From a virus (taxonomy: Duplodnaviria; Caudoviricetes), in the IMG/VR virus record IMGVR_UViG_2595698451_000001, positions 32,001-96,000 of that record: a DNA stretch of 64,000 nucleotides; one strand, given 5' to 3'. Made by a program: the position numbers and the translations under genes. The notes under the pieces are model-generated. The model had not been told where the DNA came from and did not search any database. It was given only the letters and a program-made list of their open reading frames with translations. Shown here piece after piece: positions 48,394 to 58,938 of the stretch (the first letter of the stretch is position 1; the number at the start of each line of letters is the position of its first letter).

Positions 48394-50094
48394 ATGGAAT
48401 ACGGTGTGTATTTGGAATCCTCTATTGTCGATTTAAAGCCCACAGTCCTAGACTTCTTAACCAAGATTGTTGACAAGGCTAAAGAAGTTAGAGACTTTGC
48501 TATCTCTATCAAGAAAAAGGAGCTTGCGGAGATAGCGGGCAAAGACACTAGAACGGTTTCCCGCTACCTAAACGAACTAGAAGAGAGACACATCATTGAA
48601 ACAAAAGGCGTTAGAGGAAGATCAGGAGGCACGGTCATTTTATTTAACACGGAGTTAATCCGATTCGACACTTCAGATAAGGCTCTTGTCAACTCTGACA
48701 GCTCTATCTCTATTGATGATGTAGTACAGAAGAAACTCCCTAAGAAGGGGAAAGAACCTAAGAAGAAGACAAGAAATAGAAGAACCAAAAAGCAAATGAT
48801 GGAGGACCAGCTTCTCCAAAATCAGCAGCAAGCTGAGTTAGATGAGCTTAACGCAGAGGTTGCTTCTTTAGGAGGCGTGCCTAACTGGGAATGGTTCCAA
48901 AAAACAGATGATCCGGTAGGCAACTACAAGACATACCTGCTATCTAGATTATACAATCGCTATGCTGCGCTGTTTACAGACAGACATAACGCAGAAGTAG
49001 TGGTTAGCGGTGAAGGAAACCAAGTACCGAAAGTAAGCAGCGACTATGATGTCCTGCCTGAGAACTTCTTCGGTTCTTCCCGTTGGCAGCAGTTCGAGAA
49101 GTTCCGCCAATTCTGTGAGGAGAACAACATCGAGCCGGATGTATACCTGTCAGCTCAGTTCTCCAGATCAGTATTTACAGCGGCAGCCAGAAACGCTAAG
49201 AACAAGGTCCTTCCGTATGTGAATACGCTGACTACAGATACCTCATATGAGGTGTATAAACAATACTGTGACTACCAAACAAAAGGTAGCTGGACGTATG
49301 CTATGTATAAGCAAATCCCGATCCAGTTTGCAGACGATTTCATCATCCGGGCAATCACAGAAGCTTACGATACCGCAGAGTGCGGCTTAGGGTTACTATC
49401 CTACCGTCACGCTATTAATGATTTCTTGGAAGGATTCGGTGCAGATGAAAGGGAAGAGGCTCTAGTAGAGTTCTACCGTATAACAGAAAAGAACCTCCAC
49501 AACCAAAAGGTATCATTTAAAACAAGAGATACTATTAAGAAGTTCGTGTTGACTCAATCCATGATATTATCTGGAGGAATTTCTCGACTTCCGGGACACC
49601 TTATCTTAGGTGCAGAACATACTCAAGTTGTCTTAGCTTCTATCGACAAATTAGCGAAGCCTATTGAAGAAAGGAACGAGCTAAAGGCGATGGCTTTAGG
49701 TATGCTTACGCATCCACAAATTAAACCAGATAAGCAACTAGAAAAAGGCAGAATGTACCTGTATCAGTCCAATGTTCTTTACGAGACACCTCAAGTTCTC
49801 TCACTGATTATGGAGCGTAAGAACTTGAAGCTCTCTCTCGAAGATATCAACAAAGCTTTAAAAGAGTACGGTAAAGAAAAAGTCCCGGTAGATGACTACT
49901 CCGTTCTAGACGTAGATCAGATTGTTAACTTTGTTCTTCAGGAGGAATACATCGCCACACCTAAGGAGTTCCAGCATGAGGAGATTACCGATACTCAGTC
50001 AGATGAATGGGTACTAATCGAAACAAAGGCAGAGGAGGCGGACTTCCTCGAACAAGCTGCCAAGGGTATCTTAGGGTCTGATCAGTTAACCTGA
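48394..50094 (+). CDS. N-terminal HTH protein of the replication module (Rep/regulator-like)
   Basis: KKKELAEIAGKDTRTVSRYLNELEERHIIETKGVRGRSGGT; GGAGG RBS before ATG 48394. Confidence 0.75.
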   Translation: MEYGVYLESSIVDLKPTVLDFLTKIVDKAKEVRDFAISIKKKELAEIAGKDTRTVSRYLNELEERHIIETKGVRGRSGGTVILFNTELIRFDTSDKALVNSDSSISIDDVVQKKLPKKGKEPKKKTRNRRTKKQMMEDQLLQNQQQAELDELNAEVASLGGVPNWEWFQKTDDPVGNYKTYLLSRLYNRYAALFTDRHNAEVVVSGEGNQVPKVSSDYDVLPENFFGSSRWQQFEKFRQFCEENNIEPDVYLSAQFSRSVFTAAARNAKNKVLPYVNTLTTDTSYEVYKQYCDYQTKGSWTYAMYKQIPIQFADDFIIRAITEAYDTAECGLGLLSYRHAINDFLEGFGADEREEALVEFYRITEKNLHNQKVSFKTRDTIKKFVLTQSMILSGGISRLPGHLILGAEHTQVVLASIDKLAKPIEERNELKAMALGMLTHPQIKPDKQLEKGRMYLYQSNVLYETPQVLSLIMERKNLKLSLEDINKALKEYGKEKVPVDDYSVLDVDQIVNFVLQEEYIATPKEFQHEEITDTQSDEWVLIETKAEEADFLEQAAKGILGSDQLT

Positions 50095-50158
50095 TACAGA
50101 CCTGTTTACAGAGTAACATACAGCAGGTATACTGTTTAACAAACAAGGAGGGAACAAC

Positions 50159-51631
50159 TTGATAGAGAGTCCGATTCAAAAACAAATAATGAAAAAAGCA
50201 ATTGAATCTCCTATCTTTGCTAAGGAGGTTCTATCACAAGCGCCTTTAGACATTTTTGAAGGTAATGAAATTTATAAAGAGCTGTCCCAGATTATTCGGC
50301 GGTACTATTCATCACACCGGGATAAGATTACTGAGGAAGCGTTGCTTACCTTAACAGAGGATAAGCTGACTAAGATGAGGAAAGACCCTGAGACACAGCA
50401 GAGTTACTTTAACGCCATCAGTGGACTGTACGAGATTAGGAACAGTCATGATGACAGCGTAACCGATGAGAACATCGAAAAGCACATTAGGAAGCATATG
50501 CTACTAGATATAGTCAAAAAGAACATTACGAACCTCGATGGCTCAGAAAAGACCGATAAGTTTATCCAAAAGATAACTGAGGTTCAAAGGATGGACATAA
50601 GTGGTAAGCAGCAGGAAATCATCAACGTCATAGATGATGTAGAATACAAACGAAGAGCGTTGAGTACCTTGAATCGAGACCTTATTCGAAGTGGGATCAA
50701 TGGGCTTGATAATATTACGGATGGCGGGTTAGCTAAAGGAGAGCTTGGTCTTATCGTAGCAGCCTCCGGTACAGGTAAAACATTATGGCTTACTAACTTA
50801 GCCACTAGCTACACTAAACAGAAAAAGAACGTGCTTTTCATTGCCCTAGAGGAACTGGAGAACAGGATGATCCTAAGATTCGAGCAGTCAATGCTTCGAG
50901 TGAACAGAAGCACTTTGTTAACAGGTAGAAAGCTCAACGAATCCAACTTTGATAAACTACAGAATGCTTATAAGAATGCCCGGGAACACCTTGGTAACTT
51001 ATTGTTTGCTCGCTATTCTCCACGTACTATCACACCAGCTAAGATCGAGCAGCTTATTTCTGATGTTACACTTCGTATGGGTATAGAGCTCGATGTTGTT
51101 ATTATTGACTATCCTGAACTTCTACGAAACCCACATGCGACAGGGAATGAAGCGGATGATGGTGGTAAACTGTTTGAGGAAATGCGCCGTATTGGTCAAG
51201 ATTACAGAGTCTTGATGTGGACAGCCGCTCAGATGAACCGATCAAACTACAATGCCGCTATCAAAACTTCCGAGCACATGGAAGGTTCTCATCGTAAAAA
51301 GAATGCGGCAGAGCTTGTAGTTACAGTTAACCAAACAGAGGAAGAGTTTAATGCAGGGTTTACTCGTCTGTACATAGATAAACTACGTAACCCTCCTGCT
51401 GGGAACTTCAATCGAATGGTAGGCTTCAAAGTTGTGGGCAGCCAGATGACCGTTAGGGACTATGAAGGTAACGAGGCAGAGGACCATAAGGCTATACTCG
51501 AAGAAGTTGACAACAAGAACGAGCAGCTGTTCAAAGGTAAGAAGCGAGACAAGAAAGAAAATGCACCACAGATCGACTACTCAGCACAAATAAACCAGTA
51601 TATCCATGCTCAACGCCAGACAGGTAGCTAA
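50159..51631 (+). CDS. DnaB-like replicative helicase
   Basis: GGLAKGELGLIVAASGTGKT, VIIDY, TAAQMNR. Confidence 0.92.
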   Translation: MIESPIQKQIMKKAIESPIFAKEVLSQAPLDIFEGNEIYKELSQIIRRYYSSHRDKITEEALLTLTEDKLTKMRKDPETQQSYFNAISGLYEIRNSHDDSVTDENIEKHIRKHMLLDIVKKNITNLDGSEKTDKFIQKITEVQRMDISGKQQEIINVIDDVEYKRRALSTLNRDLIRSGINGLDNITDGGLAKGELGLIVAASGTGKTLWLTNLATSYTKQKKNVLFIALEELENRMILRFEQSMLRVNRSTLLTGRKLNESNFDKLQNAYKNAREHLGNLLFARYSPRTITPAKIEQLISDVTLRMGIELDVVIIDYPELLRNPHATGNEADDGGKLFEEMRRIGQDYRVLMWTAAQMNRSNYNAAIKTSEHMEGSHRKKNAAELVVTVNQTEEEFNAGFTRLYIDKLRNPPAGNFNRMVGFKVVGSQMTVRDYEGNEAEDHKAILEEVDNKNEQLFKGKKRDKKENAPQIDYSAQINQYIHAQRQTGS

Positions 51632-51657
51632 TCGGATAATAGGAGGAGTTCATAAGA

Positions 51658-52731
51658 ATGAGTAAGGTTGTTCACTTTACAGATTTTCATGCTCATAAAT
51701 TCGAAGACTTTGCAAAGCCAGACCCGGAGTTCGGCAATGACAGATTCCGAGCACAAATCGAAACCCTACACAAGGTGTTTGATATCGCCCGTCAAAACTC
51801 AGCCCCTCTTGTGTTTGGCGGGGACTTATTCCATAGTAGAAGCCGATTAGAGGACATTGTGTTCAACAGAGTCTATGAAGCATTCGCTCAGAACGATGAT
51901 GTCCCAACATATTTAATTAGAGGAAACCATGACTCTAAGAACAACACAACAGATACAGAACACTGGCTGCAAACATTCAAGTACCTACCTCACGTACATG
52001 TAAGTGCTATGCCTGAAATGGTCCACGTACACTCAAAACCCGGAGGGTACCAGTTCAACAACTTTATGCTGTACACTGTACCTTATTCTGATGATGTAGA
52101 GTTTCTTAAAAGACATATAGACAAGTTTGCTGAAGTAGCTAAGGACAGTAGTATTCCGACCTTATTAGCCGGACACATAGGGGTGGATGGTAGTGAGACA
52201 GGGAGATATAGTCACAGACTTGAAGGAGCCTTCAAAGTAGGAGACCTGCATCCAGACGTGTTTGATTATGTAGCTTTAGGGCACTATCATAAGAGACAGT
52301 TCTTAGCAGGTACGGATAATGTGTTTTACACCGGGAACACCATTCAGACAAGCTACTCTGATGAAGGTCAAGAGAAGGGAGTATTCTTGATTGACTTTGA
52401 GAAGGGTGGTAAGCCGGAGTTTATTCCTATCAAGAATAAGCTGTTTATCACACTCACTGATATTGATGAGAATACACAGGACCTCGTAGACAATAACTAC
52501 GTAAGGTTCGTACTGCCTAAAGAAAAAGCCCAAGAGGTGGAGATTTTTAAAGAAGAGAGCGATAATGTCCGGGTAGAAATTCAAAGAGAATATAAGACCG
52601 AGACAAGAATCAATATTGATGTAAAATCCAGTGAAGAGCAGATCGTAACAGCGTATACTGAGGAGTTTTACCCTAACAGCACTGATTTAGCCTTAGATGT
52701 CCTAAAGGAGGCTATGTCTAAGGAGCATTAG
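51658..52731 (+). CDS. SbcD/Mre11-like nuclease
   Basis: DFHAH, GGDLFH, GNHD, ALGHYH metallophosphoesterase motifs. Confidence 0.9.
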   Translation: MSKVVHFTDFHAHKFEDFAKPDPEFGNDRFRAQIETLHKVFDIARQNSAPLVFGGDLFHSRSRLEDIVFNRVYEAFAQNDDVPTYLIRGNHDSKNNTTDTEHWLQTFKYLPHVHVSAMPEMVHVHSKPGGYQFNNFMLYTVPYSDDVEFLKRHIDKFAEVAKDSSIPTLLAGHIGVDGSETGRYSHRLEGAFKVGDLHPDVFDYVALGHYHKRQFLAGTDNVFYTGNTIQTSYSDEGQEKGVFLIDFEKGGKPEFIPIKNKLFITLTDIDENTQDLVDNNYVRFVLPKEKAQEVEIFKEESDNVRVEIQREYKTETRINIDVKSSEEQIVTAYTEEFYPNSTDLALDVLKEAMSKEH

Positions 52732-52760
52732 GAGTTATCTTATGATAACTCTTTTTTGTG

Positions 52761-52789
52761 TTGACATAACATACAGTGTCTGTTATAAT
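52761..52789 (+). promoter_or_regulatory. Consensus SigA promoter (after terminator 52730-52757)
   Basis: TTGACA-17 nt-TATAAT with TG extension. Confidence 0.85.
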
Positions 52790-52836
52790 CAAGTTACAGC
52801 GTAATATACACTGATCTAAGGAGGTAAACCTAGTAT

Positions 52837-54738
52837 ATGAAATGGAAACGACTAACGGCAAAGAACTTCTTATCTTTCGAAGAGCTAAGCCTTGACCTAG
52901 ATAACCGAGGTATTATCCTTGTGGAAGGGAACAACTTAACAAGCAGTAAGTTTAAGAGTAACGGGTCAGGAAAAAGCTCGTTGTTAGAGCCCCTAGTCTA
53001 CGCCCTATATGACACTACATCTAAGGGGATTAAGGCAGATGATGTGGTGAATAACAAGGTTGGTAAGAACACAGAAGTTATTCTTGAAGGGGTTAAAGGT
53101 GACGATACATACCGAATCGAGAGGTACCGAAAACATAGTAAGAACAAGAATAAAGTTAAGCTGTTCATCAATGGTAAAGAAGTTACAGAGAAGTCCGCAG
53201 CAGAGACAAACAAAACCATCCAGAGAATCATAGGTATCGACTATAACACATTTATCAACAGTATTATGTTCTCCCAAGGTAACGGAGCCGGAAGGTTTGC
53301 TATTGCTACTGACAAGGAGAAGAAAGAAATACTTGAAAACCTTGTACACCTCGACATATATGCCAAAGCACAAGCAGTAGCTAAAGAGAGACTTAAAAAG
53401 AAAGAAGAAGAAATTGCTTTAAAGGAGCAAGAAAAAACCCGGTTAGATTGGGAGTTTGAACGAATCGAAAGCCTAGAGAAGCAGGATAGAGAGAACTACG
53501 AAAACACAAAGCAGATGATCCTACAAGAACACCAGAACATCCGAACACTGGTCGACACGTTAGACAAGTTTACAAGTACCAACTTTCCGGCTGTAGAGGA
53601 GATCAAAGGGCAACTTGAGGAGCTAAACAGGCAGAGGGAGTCTGCGGCAGGGTTCGATGTCTCAGCACATATCCTAGAAGCAGTGAATATGGTAAAGCAG
53701 CAGCTCGCAGAAAAACAAGCACAGTATCAACAACAAGACTATCAGAAAAATCAATTAGTTGAACAATACAAAAAGCTGCACTCCAATACTCACTGCCCAG
53801 TTTGTGGAAACGAACTTGACACTGCCCACAGACACGCTGAGATGGAGAATATTAAACAAAAACTAGCTGTAATACTAACGACCATAAAGCAGCTACAGCA
53901 AGAGATGGAGCCTCTAAACCAGCAAGTCCAAGAAGCTACTGCTAAGTATCAAGAAGCACGAGCTAAGCAAGATGAAGCCAATCAGAACTATCAGAGCATT
54001 GTACAGGCAATCTCTAGAGGTGAGCAGCAAATTAGACAGTATGAGGATACCATCCAACAGTACCGGAATAAGATTGATGCCGCACAGAACACAGTTAATA
54101 AGCTGTCAGAGATAGCGGAACCGAAACCTAGAGATAAGGAACGAAAAGAGGTAGACAAGAAGATTAAGGTCTTCCGGGAGGAACTGCTTAAGCTTCAAGA
54201 AGAAAGATTACAGCTGGAAGACGTAGTGAAAGTGTTCTCCAACTCAGGCGTGAAATCTCACGTATTGGACTTGATAACTCCGTTCCTAAACGAAAGAGCT
54301 AACCACCATTTAGCTACTCTATCTGGACCTGACATGGAGGTCAAATTTAGTACACAAACAAAGAACAAAGACGGCAGTATGTCAGATAAGTTCGATATTG
54401 AATTGATCAACCATGTAGGAGGAGGCAGCTATAAGTCTAACTCAGAAGGTGAGAAGAAGCGTGCCGACTTAGCAATTTCTTTAGCCATTCAGGACTTAGT
54501 GATGGGTCGAGGAGAGCCGCCAACTAATTTCATTGTATACGATGAAGTATTTGATGCGCTGGACAGCGTAGGTAGTGAAAACGTAGTAACCCTACTAAGA
54601 CAGCGAGTACATACAGTGGGAACCATTTTTGTAATTACACATAGCGAACACTTAAAACCACTATTCGACAAGGTCATAACTGTAACAAAAAATAAAAGTG
54701 GAGTATCCACAGTAGACGGAGGAGTAGAAACATCATGA
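52837..54738 (+). CDS. SbcC/Rad50-like ATPase
   Basis: NGSGKSS, CPVC zinc hook, SEGEKKR, YDEVFDALD, VITH. Confidence 0.92.
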   Translation: MKWKRLTAKNFLSFEELSLDLDNRGIILVEGNNLTSSKFKSNGSGKSSLLEPLVYALYDTTSKGIKADDVVNNKVGKNTEVILEGVKGDDTYRIERYRKHSKNKNKVKLFINGKEVTEKSAAETNKTIQRIIGIDYNTFINSIMFSQGNGAGRFAIATDKEKKEILENLVHLDIYAKAQAVAKERLKKKEEEIALKEQEKTRLDWEFERIESLEKQDRENYENTKQMILQEHQNIRTLVDTLDKFTSTNFPAVEEIKGQLEELNRQRESAAGFDVSAHILEAVNMVKQQLAEKQAQYQQQDYQKNQLVEQYKKLHSNTHCPVCGNELDTAHRHAEMENIKQKLAVILTTIKQLQQEMEPLNQQVQEATAKYQEARAKQDEANQNYQSIVQAISRGEQQIRQYEDTIQQYRNKIDAAQNTVNKLSEIAEPKPRDKERKEVDKKIKVFREELLKLQEERLQLEDVVKVFSNSGVKSHVLDLITPFLNERANHHLATLSGPDMEVKFSTQTKNKDGSMSDKFDIELINHVGGGSYKSNSEGEKKRADLAISLAIQDLVMGRGEPPTNFIVYDEVFDALDSVGSENVVTLLRQRVHTVGTIFVITHSEHLKPLFDKVITVTKNKSGVSTVDGGVETS

Positions 54739-55328
54739 AATTAACTGTAGATCACGCAGTAGACATGCTGCTGCTTGAAGTAGAAACAACCGGAGAGGAA
54801 AAGAAACATATTTATCTATCCACAGAAAATGTTCATTACTGGTACCCGTTAAACACTAATTTTTCGTATAGGTACTCTAATGCGAAAGAGCAGCTGTACC
54901 TAGTTCAAGAAGGGGGATACACTGGGGATAACGTTTACGGAGCAGACATTTTGAAGAGATCAAAACAGCTAGTAGTCAACAAGGATGGTTTTTTAATACA
55001 CCCGGAAGTGCTGGAAAGAAACATGTATATTATGGATGAGGCAGCGTCAATGGGGATTCCTACACTAATACACTCTTACAATGGCTATGACGTGGAGGAC
55101 GGGTTTGATACTCTAAGTAGCTGGATCAAAGAGAGAAAAGAAATAATCGAAGACAGATTTATGGCGCAAGACGCCGAAGCTTGGACGATTACTCAGACCG
55201 AACTTAATGAGGAATGGGATACTAAGTTATACAGTTATGCAACAGACGAAGAGTTAAAGCAGCTTCAGGAGCTTGGAGAAATATATACCATGTTATGCTT
55301 AATGAGAAAACTAGCAGAAGGGAGATAA
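54735..55328 (+). CDS. Hypothetical protein
   Basis: 197 aa, translationally coupled. Confidence 0.75.
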   Translation: MKLTVDHAVDMLLLEVETTGEEKKHIYLSTENVHYWYPLNTNFSYRYSNAKEQLYLVQEGGYTGDNVYGADILKRSKQLVVNKDGFLIHPEVLERNMYIMDEAASMGIPTLIHSYNGYDVEDGFDTLSSWIKERKEIIEDRFMAQDAEAWTITQTELNEEWDTKLYSYATDEELKQLQELGEIYTMLCLMRKLAEGR

Positions 55329-55332
55329 CAAC

Positions 55333-56424
55333 ATGTTCATGGATTTAATACATGAGGAATTAGGTAACAGCAAGGACTCAGGTAAAGACACTCGATTTAA
55401 CTGCCCTTTCTGCGGGGAGGACGACCATAAGTTCTATGTCCGTAAAGATGCTCCGCATCTTTGGAGATGTTTTAAGTGCCCGGAGAAAGGTAACGCCGTT
55501 TCCTTCGTTATGAAGTTCTATGAGGTATCTTATCCAGACGCTGTTGATATCTTAGAGACATACGACTACGATGTAGAACTGCATCAGAACAACGATTTTG
55601 CAGCCATCAGCGGAGCTAGACCTGACCTATCTCCAGAAGAGCAGCTACTCCTATATATTTCACATATGTCGAATCCTATAGAAGAGGAAGAGAATATAAA
55701 GCTTAGGTGTCCGAAAGTACCTCCTACGTGCAAATCATTAATAGACAACTGGGATAACCCCGAAGCGTTCCCATTCTTCGCTTACTTACATCGCCGGGGA
55801 GTTACTCCAGAACACATTCAGCAGCACAGTATTAGTTACATTGTAGATGACCTGCTGGAACTCCCTTCGTATGATGAAAGAGAAAAAAGAACAATGCGTA
55901 TAAAAAATCACGTAGTGTTCTTCACAAAGGACAACGAGGGAAACCCAATATACTGGAATACTCGGAGCATTGACCCAAACCCTTTTGTTAAGTCTATCAA
56001 CGCACCTAGTACGCCCGAAGAGTATTCTAAGAACAACACAGTATTCAATCTTAATAACGCTAAGCATGCGGATAAGATTGTCATTCATGAAGGGGTATTC
56101 GACAGTATAATGACCCCGGGATGTGGGGTAGCCACCTTTGGTAAGCAGATCACCCAAGCGCAGCTAGAGCTTCTGCTAAATGAGACAAGGGGACGTAAGC
56201 TTCCGATCTACCTGTATTTAGACACCGATGCTTGGAGAGAGATGATTGATACAAAGAACAGGATTAAGGCTATAGAGCCAGATAGATTGGTATACTATGT
56301 CTACAGTGGATCGGATGACGATGCGAACAAGTTAGGGATTGAAAGGGTAAGTGAACTCATTAGCAATGCATTCATAGCAGATGCCACATCGGATGTACAG
56401 TTAGAGTTATTAAATTATGTGTAA
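55333..56424 (+). CDS. DNA primase
   Basis: CPFC..CFKC zinc finger; HEGVFD and YLDTD TOPRIM motifs. Confidence 0.9.
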   Translation: MFMDLIHEELGNSKDSGKDTRFNCPFCGEDDHKFYVRKDAPHLWRCFKCPEKGNAVSFVMKFYEVSYPDAVDILETYDYDVELHQNNDFAAISGARPDLSPEEQLLLYISHMSNPIEEEENIKLRCPKVPPTCKSLIDNWDNPEAFPFFAYLHRRGVTPEHIQQHSISYIVDDLLELPSYDEREKRTMRIKNHVVFFTKDNEGNPIYWNTRSIDPNPFVKSINAPSTPEEYSKNNTVFNLNNAKHADKIVIHEGVFDSIMTPGCGVATFGKQITQAQLELLLNETRGRKLPIYLYLDTDAWREMIDTKNRIKAIEPDRLVYYVYSGSDDDANKLGIERVSELISNAFIADATSDVQLELLNYV

Positions 56425-56433
56425 CTTAAAGTG

Positions 56434-56462
56434 TTGACAGTACACAGACTGTATGATATAGT
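56434..56462 (+). promoter_or_regulatory. SigA-type promoter
   Basis: TTGACA-17 nt-TATAGT. Confidence 0.75.
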
Positions 56463-56497
56463 ATATTGTATAGTCACATTATAAGGAGGAAAATTAT

Positions 56498-57258
56498 TTG
56501 AAAGAGATTGATGTTCTATATCAACTTGGAAAGGGTGCTGTAGCTCCAACGCAGGGTTATGAAGACGACTTTGCTTATGATATGTACGCTGCGGAAGGTC
56601 GGCTAGTACCTCCGAGGAACTACTTCTCAGTTATTGTTCCCACTAACTTAAAGACTGCTTTTGACCCTATCGCTGCTGGACTTAAAATCTCCTTGCGTAG
56701 TGGTGTGGCAGTTAAAACACCTTTGGCTATCTCTAACTCACCGGGAATCGTGGAAGGTACATATCGAGATGGGATCGGCATTTTAGTACGTAACACCTTC
56801 ATTGATGACAGCTTAGTGGACTTTGTAATGACTGTGGAGGGTAAACAACTCCCGGTAAGCAAAGTACCTAAGAAGGTTTTACAAGAAGCCAGACGTTTCT
56901 ATGATAAGGAGTCTGAAGCGTTAGGTTATGCTGAGCCGACTACTCCAGAAGGTATGGCATCGGATAAGGTAGCCTATCGTACTCATGTGCCTCGGGGGAC
57001 GGTTTACATTGCCAGCACGACCGTATCGCTCAAATGCACTTCTCAGAGAAGATCATAGCTAACTTCAAAGAGCATAAAGGAACACTGCCTGCTTCGGTAC
57101 GTGGGGAGAACAAGTTCGGTAGCTCAGGGACCTCAGTAAACATCCCGAAACAACCGAAGTACCTTGAACCAAACCCGCTAGATGAGGTGATCGAAGCTCA
57201 ACAGAAAACCCTCAAGCAGGCTATCGAGAACGCCCAAAAGCTAGAGAAAAAGGAGTAG
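56498..57258 (+). CDS. dut: Trimeric dUTPase; apparent frameshift near 57013
   Basis: RSG motif 2, GIVEGTYRD motif 3, HDRIAQ motif 4 after repair, RGENKFGSSG motif 5. Confidence 0.82.
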
Positions 57259-57262
57259 CCTT

Positions 57263-57592
57263 ATGAAAGACACACTCATACTGGATTATCTAAAAAAGTT
57301 GTCGGAGTGCTCTAACGCAGAGGAGGCTACTTACGTCCGAATGTTGGAAGGTAACCAAGAGTTAACACTGGACCAAGTTGCTACAGCTATGCGGACAATG
57401 GTAAGTCAGTTAGTAGACTATATTGATGAGTCTAATGAAGCTGCCCAGAAACTTCAGGAGATGCGTTTAATTGCTATTCTAGAAGAGCTACCGGAAGATA
57501 TCCAAGAAAGAGTAAGACACAAGTTTTTAGAAGTTGATGATGATTTACTAAATGATGATAATGAAGGAGATAATCAAAATGACAAACAATAA
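57263..57592 (+). CDS. Hypothetical protein
   Basis: AAGGAG RBS; 109 aa. Confidence 0.75.
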   Translation: MKDTLILDYLKKLSECSNAEEATYVRMLEGNQELTLDQVATAMRTMVSQLVDYIDESNEAAQKLQEMRLIAILEELPEDIQERVRHKFLEVDDDLLNDDNEGDNQNDKQ

Positions 57593-57965
57593 AAGCCAAG
57601 AACCTATCTCAGCGCAGGACCTAAACGTGTACTTTAATTACTTAATCACGCAGCACGTAGATAACGAAAAACATGCTAAGCAGATCAACCGCCTCTCTAG
57701 ACGTACAACAACACTTAGTGATGTTGCAGTTGTGTTCAATAAGCTGGTAGACCATCAAGAACGGAAGATCACTCAACTTATGGAAATAGTTCGCAAACAA
57801 GAGAAACTCCTTAAAAAACTAGGAGCAACAGCCGATATGTTTGCAGAAGTTGACAAGGAGTACGAGGAGGAACTCGACATGATTAGGAAAATGATTGAAG
57901 AGAACCAGAAAGGCAATGCAGGGGTTGTGCCTACTGAATCAGAGAAAGAAGAAGATGAGGATTAA
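57579..57965 (+). CDS. Hypothetical coiled-coil protein
   Basis: AAGGAG RBS before ATG 57579. Confidence 0.75.
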   Translation: MTNNKSQEPISAQDLNVYFNYLITQHVDNEKHAKQINRLSRRTTTLSDVAVVFNKLVDHQERKITQLMEIVRKQEKLLKKLGATADMFAEVDKEYEEELDMIRKMIEENQKGNAGVVPTESEKEEDED

Positions 57966-58225
57966 TGGCTAAATATCGGAAGAAGCCTGTTGTCGTAGAT
58001 GCCTTCCTCTTTAATGTCGATACCACTCCTGACTGGTTTCTCGAGAAGGTAAACTCAAGAGAGATAGTACTGGGGTACGAGATGGATTCTAGATTTTGTA
58101 TGATACCTACTTTAGAGGGTACAATGTGCGGGTCAGAAGGAGACTATATTATCAGAGGGGTTCAAGGGGAGATTTACCCATGCAAAGCAGATATATTCGA
58201 ATCGACATACGAAAAGGTGGAGTAA
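57965..58225 (+). CDS. Conserved small phage protein of unknown function
   Basis: KYRKKPVVVDA..IPTLEG..GDYIIRGVQGEIYPCKADIFESTY pattern common in phages. Confidence 0.8.
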   Translation: MAKYRKKPVVVDAFLFNVDTTPDWFLEKVNSREIVLGYEMDSRFCMIPTLEGTMCGSEGDYIIRGVQGEIYPCKADIFESTYEKVE

Positions 58226-58228
58226 GTT

Positions 58229-58783
58229 ATGGCTAAGAAATCCAAAGTAAAAGGCTCGGCATATGAACTTAAAATTGCGAAGCTTCTGACACCATGGTGG
58301 GGTGCTGGTACATTTAACCGTGCCCCTGCCTCTGGCGCACTGCACTGGGGGCGAGATCAACGGGTTGCTGGAGATATTGTAGCTCCTCCCGATGCAAAAT
58401 TCCCTTTTGTGATTGAGTGTAAGAAGAGAGAAGAGTGGACTATGGACCATGTCCTACTGGACATCGGACAGCCTAGAGAGTGGTGGAAACAGGTCGTAAT
58501 GGACGCCCGTAGAGTTGAGCAAGTACCTATCCTTATCTTCTCTCGAAACAGAGCTAAAGACTTTATCATGATTCCGTATGAACCCTCTATGTATGACAAG
58601 CTAAACGCAGTAGAAAAAGCAGCTATGATTACCACAGTCAGTATTAACAACATAAGAGACGAAGTAGAATACTTCGATGTAATTGTAAGTACATACGACT
58701 CGTTAACAAAGATACCCCCCTCAGAGGTTAAAGAATATGCTGCCGCTGTAGACTGGGATAAGTACAAGGATGAATACCAGTAA
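58229..58783 (+). CDS. Holliday junction resolvase (PD-(D/E)XK)
   Basis: SKVKGSAYELKIAK..GDIV..IECK. Confidence 0.82.
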   Translation: MAKKSKVKGSAYELKIAKLLTPWWGAGTFNRAPASGALHWGRDQRVAGDIVAPPDAKFPFVIECKKREEWTMDHVLLDIGQPREWWKQVVMDARRVEQVPILIFSRNRAKDFIMIPYEPSMYDKLNAVEKAAMITTVSINNIRDEVEYFDVIVSTYDSLTKIPPSEVKEYAAAVDWDKYKDEYQ

Positions 58784-58798
58784 AGAATAAAAAAAAAT

Positions 58799-58843
58799 TC
58801 CCCTACAATATAGTTGAAAAAATACTATATGTAGGGGGTTTTT
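58799..58843 (+). promoter_or_regulatory. Terminator-like inverted repeat containing a possible NrdR box
   Basis: CCCCTACA..ATAGT/ACTAT..TGTAGGGG plus T-run; ATACTATATGTAGGGG at 58822-58837. Confidence 0.45.
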
Positions 58844-58938
58844 ATGAATTTAGGGACTATACAAACACTATATTATGTGTTACAATATGACTGTAACCTT
58901 CTTAAAATAAGACTGTAACAAAGGAGGGACTTCGGAGA

